Assembly: GCA_041937175.2 (NCBI GenBank)
Contig: CP166615.1
Location: forward strand, 1,344,001-1,408,000
Reading direction: 5' to 3'
DNA: 64,000 nucleotides
Source: Limnothrix sp. BL-A-16
GTDB taxonomy: Bacteria > Cyanobacteriota > Cyanobacteriia > CACIAM-69d
Of the stretch, positions 1-10,715 are shown piece after piece. How positions within the stretch are numbered: the stretch's first letter is position 1; every line of letters begins with the position of its first letter. The position numbers and the translations under genes are program-made. The notes below the pieces were generated by a model that had not been told where the DNA came from, searched no databases, and was given only the letters and a program-made list of their open reading frames with translations.

Positions 1-354
1 GGCTTGATTCGGACAATCTGTTCATACAATGTTGGTCATGCACTTTGGCTCAGACGGAACAATCTTCATGTGACCTTTCTCCGTGCCAGTTCTAGCCCCC
101 TCATCACTGGAGATCAACCCATGGTGAATATGAAAGCGATTAACCTAGAACCAGGATTGCTCCCACAGGAGCTTGAACTCTACTATCCAGTATCCCCAAA
201 TTTGGGAGTTTTATTTGACTTTGGCGCTCCTTCTCGTTCTGTCACTGTGAAGCTTCTAACTACAGAGGAAGTACGCGTCTATAATCGGATGATTATCCAA
301 AAATCGACACGGCAAATCTACGGCATCGACCGCGCTTCCATCGAAGATATCTAA
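1..354 (+). CDS. 3' part of a DUF4238-like hypothetical protein, truncated by the window edge
   Basis: The ORF ends at 354. Motifs LITGDQP, YYPVSP and YNRMII resemble the C-terminal half of DUF4238 proteins. AT-richer than the core genes. Confidence 0.45.
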   Translation, partial: GLIRTICSYNVGHALWLRRNNLHVTFLRASSSPLITGDQPMVNMKAINLEPGLLPQELELYYPVSPNLGVLFDFGAPSRSVTVKLLTTEEVRVYNRMIIQKSTRQIYGIDRASIEDI

Positions 355-417
355 TGTCAGAGCTGTAAGCTAATTTGAGCTTCTCAGAACTAAATTCGAT
401 TATTACAAAGCTTGCTA

Positions 418-444
418 CAGCCTTTACCTCAAACGATTGGTACG
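418..444 (+). mobile_element. Solo IS630-type terminal repeat (remnant)
   Basis: TA|CAGCCTTTACCTCAAACGATTGGTACG matches the reverse complement of the IS end at 48352-48378 (CAGCCTTTACCTAGAACGATTGGTACG) at 25/27 positions. Confidence 0.7.
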
Positions 445-474
445 TCAGATCGCAGATGATTACGAAGCTGTTAG

Positions 475-497
475 TCGGTGGGCATTGCTTACCCTAC
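475..497 (-). repeat. GTAG-type REP-like palindrome
   Basis: The minus strand reads GTAGGGTAAGCAATGCCCACC, i.e. GTAG followed by an imperfect hairpin. Confidence 0.5.
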
Positions 498-567
498 AGT
501 CCGCTGTACTTATTAAGCGAGGTAAGGGCTGTAGTGTCGATTGGATAACTCAACTTAGCCTAAGCAA

Positions 568-978
568 TTAAGGCGAAATGACTGGTATTTCTAGTCGGTT
601 AAAACGTCGATAGATTTGAAAATCACTATCCAGGGTCATAACTGTACTGTTCGGGCGTTGCTCTGATAAACAAACTAAGCAAGCATCCGCTAAAGACATA
701 GGCACAGATTGGTATTGACGCATCAGTTCGATGACCCTAGCCTGACTGTTCTGAAGCGAGAAATCAACCCTTAGCAATCCCCGCTCAATCCACTGAAGCA
801 TCATCTCTCGACCACAATTGGTACGCCCGAGCAGAAACCAAGATTCCGTAAGAACGGGTTCACAGGTAATCAGGGGAGATGGCAGTTGCCTAAGCTGTTC
901 TGTCGCCCAGTCATGGTAATGGTCACGCCGGTTAATGACGGCAACCAAGGGGCCGGTATCGATTAAAACCTCTTTCAC
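568..978 (-). CDS. vapC: PIN-domain (VapC-like) toxin
   Basis: Acidic PIN motifs IDTGPL, EPVLTE, SLADA and TLDSDF; 136 aa; overlaps the upstream small gene by 4 nt. Confidence 0.88.
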   Translation of the reverse strand: MKEVLIDTGPLVAVINRRDHYHDWATEQLRQLPSPLITCEPVLTESWFLLGRTNCGREMMLQWIERGLLRVDFSLQNSQARVIELMRQYQSVPMSLADACLVCLSEQRPNSTVMTLDSDFQIYRRFNRLEIPVISP

Positions 979-1223
979 TCGCGCCCCATACCTTCTAGAT
1001 AGTTGGGATTTGTCGAGAGATCACTTGGCCCTTCAGCGCTGCCAATTAAAGAACCAGCGAGGTCAAATACTGAAGTAGAAGGCTCCGGACGACTGAGGAA
1101 CGGAGTAACTTGCGATCGCTCGGCCAATAGCAAGTTGATGAATTGAATCACCAGTTGTTGGAGTGCCTGGGGAAGCTGGCGAAACTGGTTTAGGAGGGTT
1201 TGCTCGATCGGGCTGGGAGTCAT
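975..1223 (-). CDS. Putative antitoxin of the PIN toxin
   Basis: 82 aa, translationally coupled upstream of the PIN gene; C-terminal GPSDLSTNPNYLEGMG motif of the kind seen in small PIN-associated antitoxins. Confidence 0.75.
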   Translation of the reverse strand: MTPSPIEQTLLNQFRQLPQALQQLVIQFINLLLAERSQVTPFLSRPEPSTSVFDLAGSLIGSAEGPSDLSTNPNYLEGMGRE

Positions 1224-1461
1224 GGGGCGATTACTGGTGAGACTGTGACCATTTTATGAGAATGAATCAATTTGTTTTTCAAGGCCCGATCGCCCCGTTG
1301 GATCAAAACTCTGATTGCGAACGCTCAGACAAGTTGAGCGCCCAATCAAAAAATAGTGGACGGAGCGATCGCTTTCTGTTCCTCCACATGGGTTGGCGCT
1401 GAGGAAGTGGCGCAAGATATCTTGCAGGCATCCTCTTCCAAGTCAAGCTTTGATCGTTGCC

Positions 1462-1857
1462 ATGATGGATATCATGCCTGGAGAATTTGAAGCCCTCTCC
1501 CTCGTGGCCCTGGCGATCGCAGGGCTAGCGATTGGCGAAGTCCTCGCATTCAGCTTTTTGATGGTCTCGATCTTTGTGCGCCGAGACAAATCTCCAGGCA
1601 TCTTAAAAGGCTGGGCGATCGCCGCCGCCATCATCTTTGTCATCAACGTTTTCGCCTTTGGCTGGTTGAGCGAAATCGGTCGCCAAAATGTTGCCCGCGA
1701 TGGACAACAACAACCCCTAATCCAGCCACCCCAGCTCCTCGTGAGTAGTCTGAGCTTGATGAATGTCTTGGCCCCCACCGTGGGTGTCATGAGTCCGATC
1801 GTGCTGTTTTGGGTGAAGCACTCTCCCCGCTCTCGACATTCGCCTAGGCAAGATTAA
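1462..1857 (+). CDS. Hypothetical membrane protein (about 3 TM segments)
   Basis: Three hydrophobic stretches. The ATG at 1462/1465 is preferred over the TTG at 1393. Confidence 0.55.
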   Translation: MMDIMPGEFEALSLVALAIAGLAIGEVLAFSFLMVSIFVRRDKSPGILKGWAIAAAIIFVINVFAFGWLSEIGRQNVARDGQQQPLIQPPQLLVSSLSLMNVLAPTVGVMSPIVLFWVKHSPRSRHSPRQD

Positions 1858-1866
1858 ATGATCATC

Positions 1867-1893
1867 AAAAAACCGGGGTTATCCCCCGGCTCT
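1867..1893. terminator. Probable intrinsic terminator between convergent genes
   Basis: AAAAAA-CCGGGG-ttatc-CCCCGG hairpin with a U-tract on the minus strand, downstream of sbtB. Confidence 0.6.
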
Positions 1894-1942
1894 CGTGATC
1901 AAAGTTGTGTTTCAAAACTTGTTGTGTTTCAAAACTGACGAA

Positions 1943-2293
<351 letters not shown>

Positions 2294-2358
2294 CTACTAA
2301 TCTAACGAGTCTGTCGGGCCATGAGAGAGCACCGACAGACCTCACCTGCTCAGGGCGA

Positions 2359-3429
2359 TTAACCCCCGAGTGCTTGAGCCAGCCCGATAAAAAATGGAAT
2401 GCACAGACCGATCGCGATCGGCGTACCAACGGCCGTGGAAGCACCAATGTAGGCGGAAGGGTTCGCCGATGGGATCCCGGCGCGCAAGGTGGGCGGGCCC
2501 GAAATGTCTGAGCTAGAGGATGCAATGACCGCCAGAACGACCACACCACCCAGACTGAAGTTCATCGTGTAGTGAGCAATCATGCCCAGGCCGAAGGCAA
2601 TCAGCCCATGGAGAAAGGGGGCCACCACACTGTAAACAACGTACCACTGAGCCACTTTGCGCAGTTCGCCAATCCGCGACCAAGCTTCCATCCCCATCAC
2701 CAGCATCAGGATTGAAAGCAAGCCCCGGAAAGCCGGATCGTAGAAGCCTTTATAAACGCTTTCCGGCCGGGTGAGGATCCCCAAGGCCAAACCGAGCAAC
2801 ATGGCAGACAAAGCCGGCCCTTGCAGGCTTTCTTCAATAATCGGCCAGATTTTGACCTTAGTCTGACCCTGCTGCTGATCGCGATATTCCTGACGGGTGC
2901 TGGGCTGCTCCTGGGAATCCGCAGCGGCGGCTTTGTTGCGTTTTTTCTGGTTGAGATAGATGTTCGCTACAACAATTGCCGTGACCAGCGCCGGAATATC
3001 CATAAAGGGATAGAGTGCGCCCGCCCATGCTTCATACCCAATCTTTTGTTCTTCGAGCAGGGTCAGGGCTGCCGCCATGGTGGAACCACTGACCGCCCCA
3101 AACAAGCCACCCGTTGCGATCGCATCAACGGTCTTGACCTTCGGTAGTTTGGCCAAGGTATAGCGGGCGATGAAGACAACTAGAATCCCTACGGTTGCTG
3201 CAAATATTACCGGTAAAACCATCTCGGTCAGGTTGGAATTCCGGATTGCAATTCCACCGGTTAGACCGATTTTGGTGAGCAACATGAAGACGATGATTGT
3301 ACAAATCGATTCTGGAATCACCAATTGGCTACCCAGAGCAGCAATCACCATCCCCCCAATCAAAAAACCCAATGTTGGAGATTGCAACTGGGCAATGAAG
3401 TCTTTTACGAAAAGGGACAAGAAATCCAC
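2359..3429 (-). CDS. sbtA: Na+-dependent bicarbonate transporter SbtA
   Basis: MDFLS..QLQSPTLGFLIGG, GAVSGST and SSSDISGPPTLRAGIPSANPSAYIG motifs. Confidence 0.97.
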   Translation of the reverse strand: MDFLSLFVKDFIAQLQSPTLGFLIGGMVIAALGSQLVIPESICTIIVFMLLTKIGLTGGIAIRNSNLTEMVLPVIFAATVGILVVFIARYTLAKLPKVKTVDAIATGGLFGAVSGSTMAAALTLLEEQKIGYEAWAGALYPFMDIPALVTAIVVANIYLNQKKRNKAAAADSQEQPSTRQEYRDQQQGQTKVKIWPIIEESLQGPALSAMLLGLALGILTRPESVYKGFYDPAFRGLLSILMLVMGMEAWSRIGELRKVAQWYVVYSVVAPFLHGLIAFGLGMIAHYTMNFSLGGVVVLAVIASSSSDISGPPTLRAGIPSANPSAYIGASTAVGTPIAIGLCIPFFIGLAQALGG

Positions 3430-4212
3430 AAATACCTCCTAGTCCACTACATGAACTTTGAAAGTGTTAAAGAAAGTCAGAGGGAGGCGCTTCATTCCCA
3501 TAGCACAGGTTTTGCTCAAAAAACCTGTATCTAGGGTGTTGAGAAGGGGCCGATCTCCAGGCAGGTCTTGAAATAGTTGTGCTGAACTAATTTCTATAGA
3601 CTCGTTCATCAGTTTTCTATAAAGGTGTACGTGGTGTAAATCCTTATTGGCGCTGGATTATCTTGAAAAACTGATTACGGGGTAAATCAGAACAAATATC
3701 GTGATGCTTGACTTTTAATGGCTTTGAATAATGGATGATTGGGACAATTAGAACAGCTAATTGTTGGATCAATCAAGGCAAATATATTTTTCGTTAGCTC
3801 GGGATGCATCAGGTAATTTTTTGTCTCATTTGGACTGAAGGTTCTTGACTTTGATGCCGGATTTTGCTGAACCGGCTAGTGTCAGGCGCTGACTTTCCGC
3901 CTACGGAGGGCGCAACTGTGGCTTTGGGGCTGATTGGGGGCAATGCCTCACGGGTGTGGTTCCCCGGAATTCATGCTAGGACTGAGGGGGTATGATTTTG
4001 GGGCAATGGCTGCCCGGTGTTTCCCGGAACGGCCGCGGCGGTTGAGGAGTATGTCAAAATGCTCTCTGGATTGCCGCAACCCGTTTTGAGCCGTATTTTG
4101 CAAGCCGGTTGATGGTTGGTTGCCCGCCATTGATCAGGCCCCTAGGGGAGGTGTGATGCATCCTGTTTCGATCGCGATCGCACCCTATTGCCCCTGATGC
4201 ACCCCACTTGCT

Positions 4213-5133
4213 ATGAACAAACTCATCGTTGACCTCGAAGGCCTTCGCGAACAGTTGAAAAGCGCTCGCCGTCCCCCCAAACCCAAGATGCTCGTCGTCG
4301 ATGACGAGCCGGATAATCTCGATTTGCTTTATCGCACCTTCCGCCGAGATTTCAACGTGCTCAAGGCCGAAAGCGGGGCCCGAGCCTTGGAACTGTTGGC
4401 CGAGGAAGGGGAAGTGGCTGTCATCATTTCCGATCAACGGATGCCGGAGATGAAGGGAACGGAGTTTTTGAGTAAAACCGTGCCCCAGTTTCCAGACACC
4501 GTGCGGATTATTTTGACGGGCTTCACGGATGTGGAAGATCTGGTGGAAGCGATTAACTCAGGGCAGGTGTATAAGTACATCACCAAGCCTTGGGATCCTG
4601 ATGAGTTGAAAACCGTGGTGCAACGGGCAGCCGATAGTTACGATTCTTTGAAGAATCGTTCGATCGAGCTGGAACGGGCCCAGGCACAGATGCAACTGTT
4701 GGCGGCAATTTTGGCCGCGGCCGACAGCGGCACGTTTGAGGTTTGTGCGGAGCGGCTGGCGGCGGCGTTTGTGGAACGGTTCGAGGCCGATGGCTGCACC
4801 ATTCAACTCGTGCAAGCAGGGCAACTGGGCAACCACAGCGGCCAAGCGGGAGCCGTTTCCCTGGCGGGTGATCCACTCAGCCAACAGGCGATCGCCGAGA
4901 AAAAGCTGCAAGTCTGTTTGAATGCGGCGGCGAATGCGGATTTGGCCGGAACGGCATTCTATCAAGAGGGCGGGGTGGCAACCCATGTGGTGATTCCAGC
5001 CATCTATCGCGATGCAGTTGGGGCTTTGGTGTCGTTGCAGTTTGCCAATCCCATCACCCTGGAAGAAAGCGAAGCAACCCAAATGTATTTGGCGGTGCAA
5101 CAGGCGGCCTTTGTGTTGACCACGCTGCCCTAG
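4213..5133 (+). CDS. Response regulator (receiver + GAF-like domain)
   Basis: LVVDDEPDN, IISDQRMP and YITKPW receiver motifs, then a coiled segment and a GAF-like C-terminus. Confidence 0.88.
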   Translation: MNKLIVDLEGLREQLKSARRPPKPKMLVVDDEPDNLDLLYRTFRRDFNVLKAESGARALELLAEEGEVAVIISDQRMPEMKGTEFLSKTVPQFPDTVRIILTGFTDVEDLVEAINSGQVYKYITKPWDPDELKTVVQRAADSYDSLKNRSIELERAQAQMQLLAAILAAADSGTFEVCAERLAAAFVERFEADGCTIQLVQAGQLGNHSGQAGAVSLAGDPLSQQAIAEKKLQVCLNAAANADLAGTAFYQEGGVATHVVIPAIYRDAVGALVSLQFANPITLEESEATQMYLAVQQAAFVLTTLP

Positions 5134-5435
5134 GTTGAGCTGCGAATTTTTTGGGGGGATAGATTTTTGGTGAGTTGATCCCTTTTGGGGTGATTGTTAA
5201 CGAACATGTCGATCGCTCGATCGCGATCGCGCCCGAACGGTACGCTAGACCGCGCCTGATCCCACCGGATGCTCGGGTTTGCTTCTCCCAGTTAGCGAGC
5301 AAAGTCCCACAAAAATTCCAACCGGATGCGCACACTGGCGCTGAGGGGTGGCCAGATTGGCTCGATCGTCCGCCAACTGCCGATCTAGACAATCTGAGGA
5401 TTGCAACTAACGTTCGTTAACCGACCTCCAACCGT

Positions 5436-6398
5436 ATGTCCGTCGCTAGTCCCACCCGTACCATCCGCATCGGCTCTCGTAAAAGCCAATTGGCTCTTGT
5501 GCAAACGCACTGGGTACAAGGGGAATTGCAGCGGCATTTTCCAGACATTACGTTTGAGGTCTGCGCGATCGAAACCCAAGGGGACAAGGTGCTGGATGTG
5601 GCCCTGTCCAAAATTGGGGATAAGGGGTTGTTTACTCGCGAGTTGGAAGATGGAATGCGCGATGGGATCTATGATCTGGCGGTGCATTCCCTGAAAGATT
5701 TGCCAACCCGCTTGCCGGAAGGGTTGACCTTGGGTTGCGTGACAGAACGGGTGAACCCGGCTGATGCGGTGGTGCTCCATGCTCAACACAAGGGCAAAAC
5801 GATCGACCAATTGCCCGCAGGCGCTGTGATTGGTACATCGTCCCTGCGGCGGCTGGCTCAGTTGCGCTATCACTACCCCCATCTGAGCTTCAAGGACATT
5901 CGTGGCAATGTGAATACTCGGCTGAAGAAGCTCGACAGCGGCGAGTATGATGCGACGATTTTGGCGGCGGCCGGTTTGCAGCGGATGGATTTAGCCGATC
6001 GCATTGATCAATTGTTGCCGTCGGATGTGTCGCTTCATGCGGTGGGCCAAGGGGCCTTGGGCATTGAGTGCCGCGAGGGCGATGAGGACATTTTGCGCGT
6101 GCTGAAGGTGCTGGAACATGAACCCAGCAAGTGGCGCTGCTTGGCGGAACGGGCCTTCCTGCGCGATTTGGAAGGGGGCTGCCAAGTCCCGATCGGGGTG
6201 AACACCAGCTTGGAGGGTGACACCTTGACCCTGGCGGGCCTGGTGGCCAGTGTGGACGGTAAGCAACTGATCAAAGACACCGTGAGCGGCCCTCACACCA
6301 GCGCCGAAGATCTGGGCACGGAGTTGGCCCAAAAGCTGCGCGCCCAAGGGGCCCAGGAAATTTTGAATGAGATCCTGGCTCAGGTTAATCGAGGCTAG
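5436..6398 (+). CDS. hemC: Hydroxymethylbilane synthase
   Basis: [31 protein letters not shown] and [10 protein letters not shown]. Confidence 0.98.
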   Translation: MSVASPTRTIRIGSRKSQLALVQTHWVQGELQRHFPDITFEVCAIETQGDKVLDVALSKIGDKGLFTRELEDGMRDGIYDLAVHSLKDLPTRLPEGLTLGCVTERVNPADAVVLHAQHKGKTIDQLPAGAVIGTSSLRRLAQLRYHYPHLSFKDIRGNVNTRLKKLDSGEYDATILAAAGLQRMDLADRIDQLLPSDVSLHAVGQGALGIECREGDEDILRVLKVLEHEPSKWRCLAERAFLRDLEGGCQVPIGVNTSLEGDTLTLAGLVASVDGKQLIKDTVSGPHTSAEDLGTELAQKLRAQGAQEILNEILAQVNRG

Positions 6399-6560
6399 GA
6401 GGCTACCTGCGGGTAATTCCGACCCTGATGAGGCAATCCAGGCCGATTGGTTGTGAATGTTGGTTAACCCGGATCGTCCGGTTCATGCTGAATTTCGCTT
6501 GAGGATCCTGGGGGCGATCGGGCAAGATGGAACTGTCTTGCTCGATCGCCCCTTTGGCTC

Positions 6561-6869
6561 ATGGATATTGCCAGTCTTCTGTTGCGTGCGGCCGTTGCTC
6601 ACATTCCCCAAACGGTGATGATTCCCCTCTGCTTTGGGTTGGCTTGGTATTTGGTGGCCGTTCTGGTGCGATCGATCGCCAGCTTCACCCAAGAGGGCGT
6701 TTCGCGGGTGCGCACTTTGCACCAAATTCCCTGCGCGGACTGTGCCTTTTTCACGGGCGATTACCACCTCAAATGTCCCGTCCGTCCCAGCGAGGCCCTG
6801 TCAGAAGCGGCGATCAATTGTCCAGATTTCCAACCCAAAACCACCCCCCCTGGCTTAGGGGAGGTCTGA
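6561..6869 (+). CDS. Conserved cyanobacterial small membrane protein with Cys motif
   Basis: A TM segment followed by HQIPCADCAFFTGDYHLKCPVRP..A..CPDF. Confidence 0.75.
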   Translation: MDIASLLLRAAVAHIPQTVMIPLCFGLAWYLVAVLVRSIASFTQEGVSRVRTLHQIPCADCAFFTGDYHLKCPVRPSEALSEAAINCPDFQPKTTPPGLGEV

Positions 6870-7103
6870 GAAGTATTTTTTGGCATAGGTCAATCCATAA
6901 CCGTCGTCAGGGCAAGGGACTTAGGGCCGGTCGTCATTTCCATCGCCGTAGGGGTTGGGTCTCCCAACCCTAACCCGGGCGATCGCTACAACCCTGTCCA
7001 CCCCTGGGAACACCCAAGGATCACGGAAATGGGCGAGGAGACCTCGCCCCGACGACTGATCGGTTGGGAGAACGAGATTATTAGGGTTTCACGACACGTC
7101 CTA
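6858..7103 (+). repeat. Degenerate MITE copy plus nested REP-like hairpins
   Basis: 6858-6930 is similar to 41415-41485. It is followed by hairpins CGTAGGGGTTGGGTCTCCCAACCC and GGGCGAGGAGACCTCGCCCC. Confidence 0.6.
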
Positions 7104-7175
7104 AACCCCTTATCTTTGTTGATTGATAAGACCCGCAAGGTAGGCAGTCTCAGCGGGGTGAGCTTGACGGCTCGG

Positions 7176-7934
7176 TTATAACCAGCCTTCCTGCTCCAGT
7201 TCCGCAATGATTTGCAGGGCGCGGGAATCTCCCAGCTTCAAGAGGGCCGATCGCGCGTCTTCCTTAATGCCGAGTTCGCGATCTTCCACCAGGGCTTCGA
7301 TCAACCCATCCACAGCTCCCGCATAGATTGCATTGGAGGGCAAGTCGCGGCACAGTTGCCCCAGGGCCCAAGCACAGTTACTGCGCACGGCCGGAACAGG
7401 ATCTTGGCGCAGGGCCACAATCAGCGGCGGCACGGCCCCCACGATCGCCTCATAACCCACAGCTCCCATTTGCCCCAGGGAACTGGCCGCCCACAGGCGC
7501 ACGGCCGCAATGTCCCGCTGCAAGGTTTGCACCAACGGAGCCAAGGCCCGGCGATCGCGCCCATTGCCCAGGGCCCAGACAATGCCTTTGCGCACGTAGC
7601 CATTCCAATCCCGTTGGAGTTGGCCAATCAAGGGGTCGATCGCCCCTGGATCTGGGTTGCGGCCCAAGGCATAGGCGGCGCTCATCCGCACCAACGGACA
7701 AACATCGTTAATGAGTAAAATCAGCCGTTCGCTGGCTCTGGGGTCTTGCAGCTCACAAAACGCCCTGGCTCCCACCGCCCGCTGGGCCGGATCCGGATCT
7801 TGCAACAGTTGCAACATCACATCTGGATCGGGGAGCGGCGCGGCTTCGCTCGGGGGTGGGGTTTCGAGAATATTCAGATGATCTGACTCTGCTGAATCTA
7901 AGTCGAGTAACCCGAGGTCATCATTCACCGGCAT
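7176..7934 (-). CDS. HEAT-repeat (PBS lyase-like) protein
   Basis: Repeated VR..AA.ALG units. Confidence 0.9.
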   Translation of the reverse strand: MPVNDDLGLLDLDSAESDHLNILETPPPSEAAPLPDPDVMLQLLQDPDPAQRAVGARAFCELQDPRASERLILLINDVCPLVRMSAAYALGRNPDPGAIDPLIGQLQRDWNGYVRKGIVWALGNGRDRRALAPLVQTLQRDIAAVRLWAASSLGQMGAVGYEAIVGAVPPLIVALRQDPVPAVRSNCAWALGQLCRDLPSNAIYAGAVDGLIEALVEDRELGIKEDARSALLKLGDSRALQIIAELEQEGWL

Positions 7935-7945
7935 AGCAGTCCTCC

Positions 7946-8611
7946 TTAGCGATCGCGGTTGGTCGATTGCGCCTGGGAGGCCGGCTTGGCCGGCTCTGGA
8001 ACCAATTCCACATTCACCTCATTCACTTCCCGGCGGCGCAGTTCCACGGACTCCGAGCGCGGCAGCAGGTTAAACACCGCTCGGAATCGATCATCCAGTT
8101 CCTCGAAAGGCACTTGACCGGCGCGATCGAGCAATACTTTTCCCGATTGATCAATTAAGACCGTTTGGGGCACAACGCCACGGTAGTAGTGCGCCGGTTG
8201 CAGTGGATCCGCCACCGGCTCCAGGGGCAGAGAATCGGCCACAATGGGCAAAAAGTCCGCCGCTTTGCCGTAAAACGCCTGCAACTGGGAGATTGTGGAG
8301 GAAAACCGCTTGCAATCGCGGCTATCGTCCACAAAAAACACCAACAGGGTGGGGCGCTGCCGTTCCCGCGATTGGGCCAAGGTCACCCGAGGCGGCACTA
8401 AAGAACCATTGCCCGCATAGAGCGCAAAAATATTGCCATCAAAATTATCGTCATTCAATGTGGCCTGGGCTGGCAGGGCCCCCAAGGCCCAACCCCCGAT
8501 CGTTAACGACAGCAGCAGGGCGATCGCCCGAGTTAGCCCCTGTCGTCCCCACCAGCGAGCAATAACGCTACCCAGTGCCCAACCCCGAACCCACATGACT
8601 ATCCGTGACAT
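7946..8611 (-). CDS. Thioredoxin-fold thylakoid protein (photosystem I accumulation factor family)
   Basis: Signal/TM segment, then DDNFDGNIFALYAGNGSLVPP, DDSRDCK and VPQTV. Confidence 0.75.
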   Translation of the reverse strand: MSRIVMWVRGWALGSVIARWWGRQGLTRAIALLLSLTIGGWALGALPAQATLNDDNFDGNIFALYAGNGSLVPPRVTLAQSRERQRPTLLVFFVDDSRDCKRFSSTISQLQAFYGKAADFLPIVADSLPLEPVADPLQPAHYYRGVVPQTVLIDQSGKVLLDRAGQVPFEELDDRFRAVFNLLPRSESVELRRREVNEVNVELVPEPAKPASQAQSTNRDR

Positions 8612-9058
8612 TGAAACCGTGACATTTAAATCGTTAAAAAACGCAAGACAAAAACGCGAAACAGACAGCGTATAAGCCCCTTGCAGAGCCTATCCTATCG
8701 CGAACCGCGAAACCCCCCACGTCTGAATTGTGGCCCAATGCCCCGATCGGTTGCCGCAGCCCTGGGACAATTGCGCCGGTCTGCTGGGGTCTCTCCGGGC
8801 GATCGCGCCAGGCTTCGTTGGCGGAAGATGTGCCACCCAACGGGCCGATTGGAATTTCCATGGGTATGATGGGGGGCAAGATCAGCCCAAAACCAGCCCT
8901 GCTCCGGTCAGTTCTCCGCTTTTTCACCGAAAGGATCCTGGTCGGCATGCTGGGTCAAGGGTTTTAGTCACCACTCCTCTTCAGCGCCCCTCTCCCCTAC
9001 GCTTCCTGTTTTCTGTTCCATTCATTAACCCATTGAGCGAGCGGCTCTAGCTTTAGCT

Positions 9059-10042
9059 ATGGTTCGGTTCCGTATTCAAGCTGACAGTGATATTCCGGCA
9101 TCCACGCAGTTGTTTAACCAAATTCGGTTTGCGATCGCTTCGCGGCAGTTTCCGCCGGGGCACCGTTTGCCCAGCACCCGCCAACTGGCCATGGAAACGG
9201 GCTTGCATCGCAACACCATCAGCAAGGTCTATCGCCAGCTTGAAGATAACGGCCTAGTGGAAGCCCAGCCCGGCTCCGGTATCTACGTGCGGGCCTTGGG
9301 TCATGAAGGCGGGGCCCAACTGCGATCGCCTGTTTTTGACAAAAACCCCGAGGCCTATCAACTGGTGAAACAGAGCCTCGATCGGCTCATCGAAGCCGGT
9401 TGCAGCCTCAGCACCGCTCGGGAACTGTTTCTGGGGGAAGTGGATTGGCGACTACGATGCAGCGCCCGCGTGATTGTCACCGCCCCTCAACAGGACTTGG
9501 GCGTGGGCGAAATTATGGCCGGTGAAATTGAGCAATCGCTGCAAATTCCCGTGCAATTGGTGGCCATGGAAGACCTGCCAGCCGCCCTCGATCGCACCGC
9601 TTCCGCCACCGTGGTCACCAGTCGCTACTTCATTGGCGATGCGGAAAAAATCGCCGCCCCCAAATCGGCCCGCGTCATCCCCGTGGATATCTATGACTAT
9701 GCCGAAGAAATTGAATTCGTGAAGAATCTCCCGGCCGGTACGCGCATCGGCCTGGTCAGCATCAGTCCCGGCTGGTTGCGAGCTTCGGAAGTGATTGTCC
9801 ACAGCTTCCGGGGCGAAGAGATTTTGGTGATGACCACCCTTCCCAGCGACACCTACAAGCTCGGGGCATTGGTCAAAACCGTGCGGTATATCGGGTGCGA
9901 TCGGGACAGCTTCCCCAAGGTCAAGGCCGCCGTTTCCGCTCACCGAGAAGACATCATCCGCCCCCCGCAGGTGATCTGTTGCGAAAACTACATCGGCAGC
10001 CAATCCATGAACCATCTCCAACGGGAGTTAGGACTGGCCTAG
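9059..10042 (+). CDS. plmA: GntR-family regulator PlmA
   Basis: IPASTQLFNQIRFAIASRQFPPGHRLPSTRQLA winged HTH with the cyanobacterial PlmA-type C-terminus. Confidence 0.9.
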   Translation: MVRFRIQADSDIPASTQLFNQIRFAIASRQFPPGHRLPSTRQLAMETGLHRNTISKVYRQLEDNGLVEAQPGSGIYVRALGHEGGAQLRSPVFDKNPEAYQLVKQSLDRLIEAGCSLSTARELFLGEVDWRLRCSARVIVTAPQQDLGVGEIMAGEIEQSLQIPVQLVAMEDLPAALDRTASATVVTSRYFIGDAEKIAAPKSARVIPVDIYDYAEEIEFVKNLPAGTRIGLVSISPGWLRASEVIVHSFRGEEILVMTTLPSDTYKLGALVKTVRYIGCDRDSFPKVKAAVSAHREDIIRPPQVICCENYIGSQSMNHLQRELGLA

Positions 10043-10094
10043 CAACGGTCAAGTCCAATTATTGGCCGTAGCAAAATTACTGGCCATAGCGAAA

Positions 10095-10559
10095 CTATTG
10101 GCCACGATAGTTGGACAGTCGCGCCAGGGTTGCCAAGGGCTGGACACCCGGATATTTGCGCCCCCGAATTTCCCAGGTGGGATAGCCCTCGATCCCCGCC
10201 TGTGCACACAGTTGCGGCTGCGGGTTGCGGCCTCGGGGGTCGCACTCAATGTAGCGAATTTGGTTAAACGCCTGGCCAAACAGTTCCTTTTGATTTTGGC
10301 AATGGCCGCACCAATAGGCTCCGTACATTTTTGCGCCAATTTGCCGCAGGTGCTGGGCCAACCCTTGGGGCGAAACCGCCAGCATCCCTTCCCAGGACTG
10401 TTCGATCGCCCCTTGAACGCCGGGAGCTGCGGCCTTTGCCTGGTTGGCTGGGGTGGCTGCTTCTGCCAGGGCTGCCACCAGGCCTGCTCCGGCCACGGCG
10501 GCCGCACAGCCCAGTCCAATCCAGCCCTGATTCGTTAGCAATTTCCAGTTGAGTTTCAT
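10095..10559 (-). CDS. Exported stand-alone thioredoxin-like protein (VKOR-partner-type CxxC domain)
   Basis: AKMYGAYWCGHCQNQKELFG, YIECD and GYPTW; hydrophobic leader after the ATG at 10559. Confidence 0.8.
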   Translation of the reverse strand: MKLNWKLLTNQGWIGLGCAAAVAGAGLVAALAEAATPANQAKAAAPGVQGAIEQSWEGMLAVSPQGLAQHLRQIGAKMYGAYWCGHCQNQKELFGQAFNQIRYIECDPRGRNPQPQLCAQAGIEGYPTWEIRGRKYPGVQPLATLARLSNYRGQ

Positions 10560-10715
10560 AATCAGTCCTGTTGTTCGCGTTGGAGTGCGGGTTTGTAGGC
10601 TATTGATGCGCGGCGATCGGCAGCGGTTGCCCATTTGGTGGGGTGGAGGTTTTGTGCGATGATCGAACGACGCTTTTTGGCGGTTCATCACGCTTCAACT
10701 AACAGTTTTAACAAT

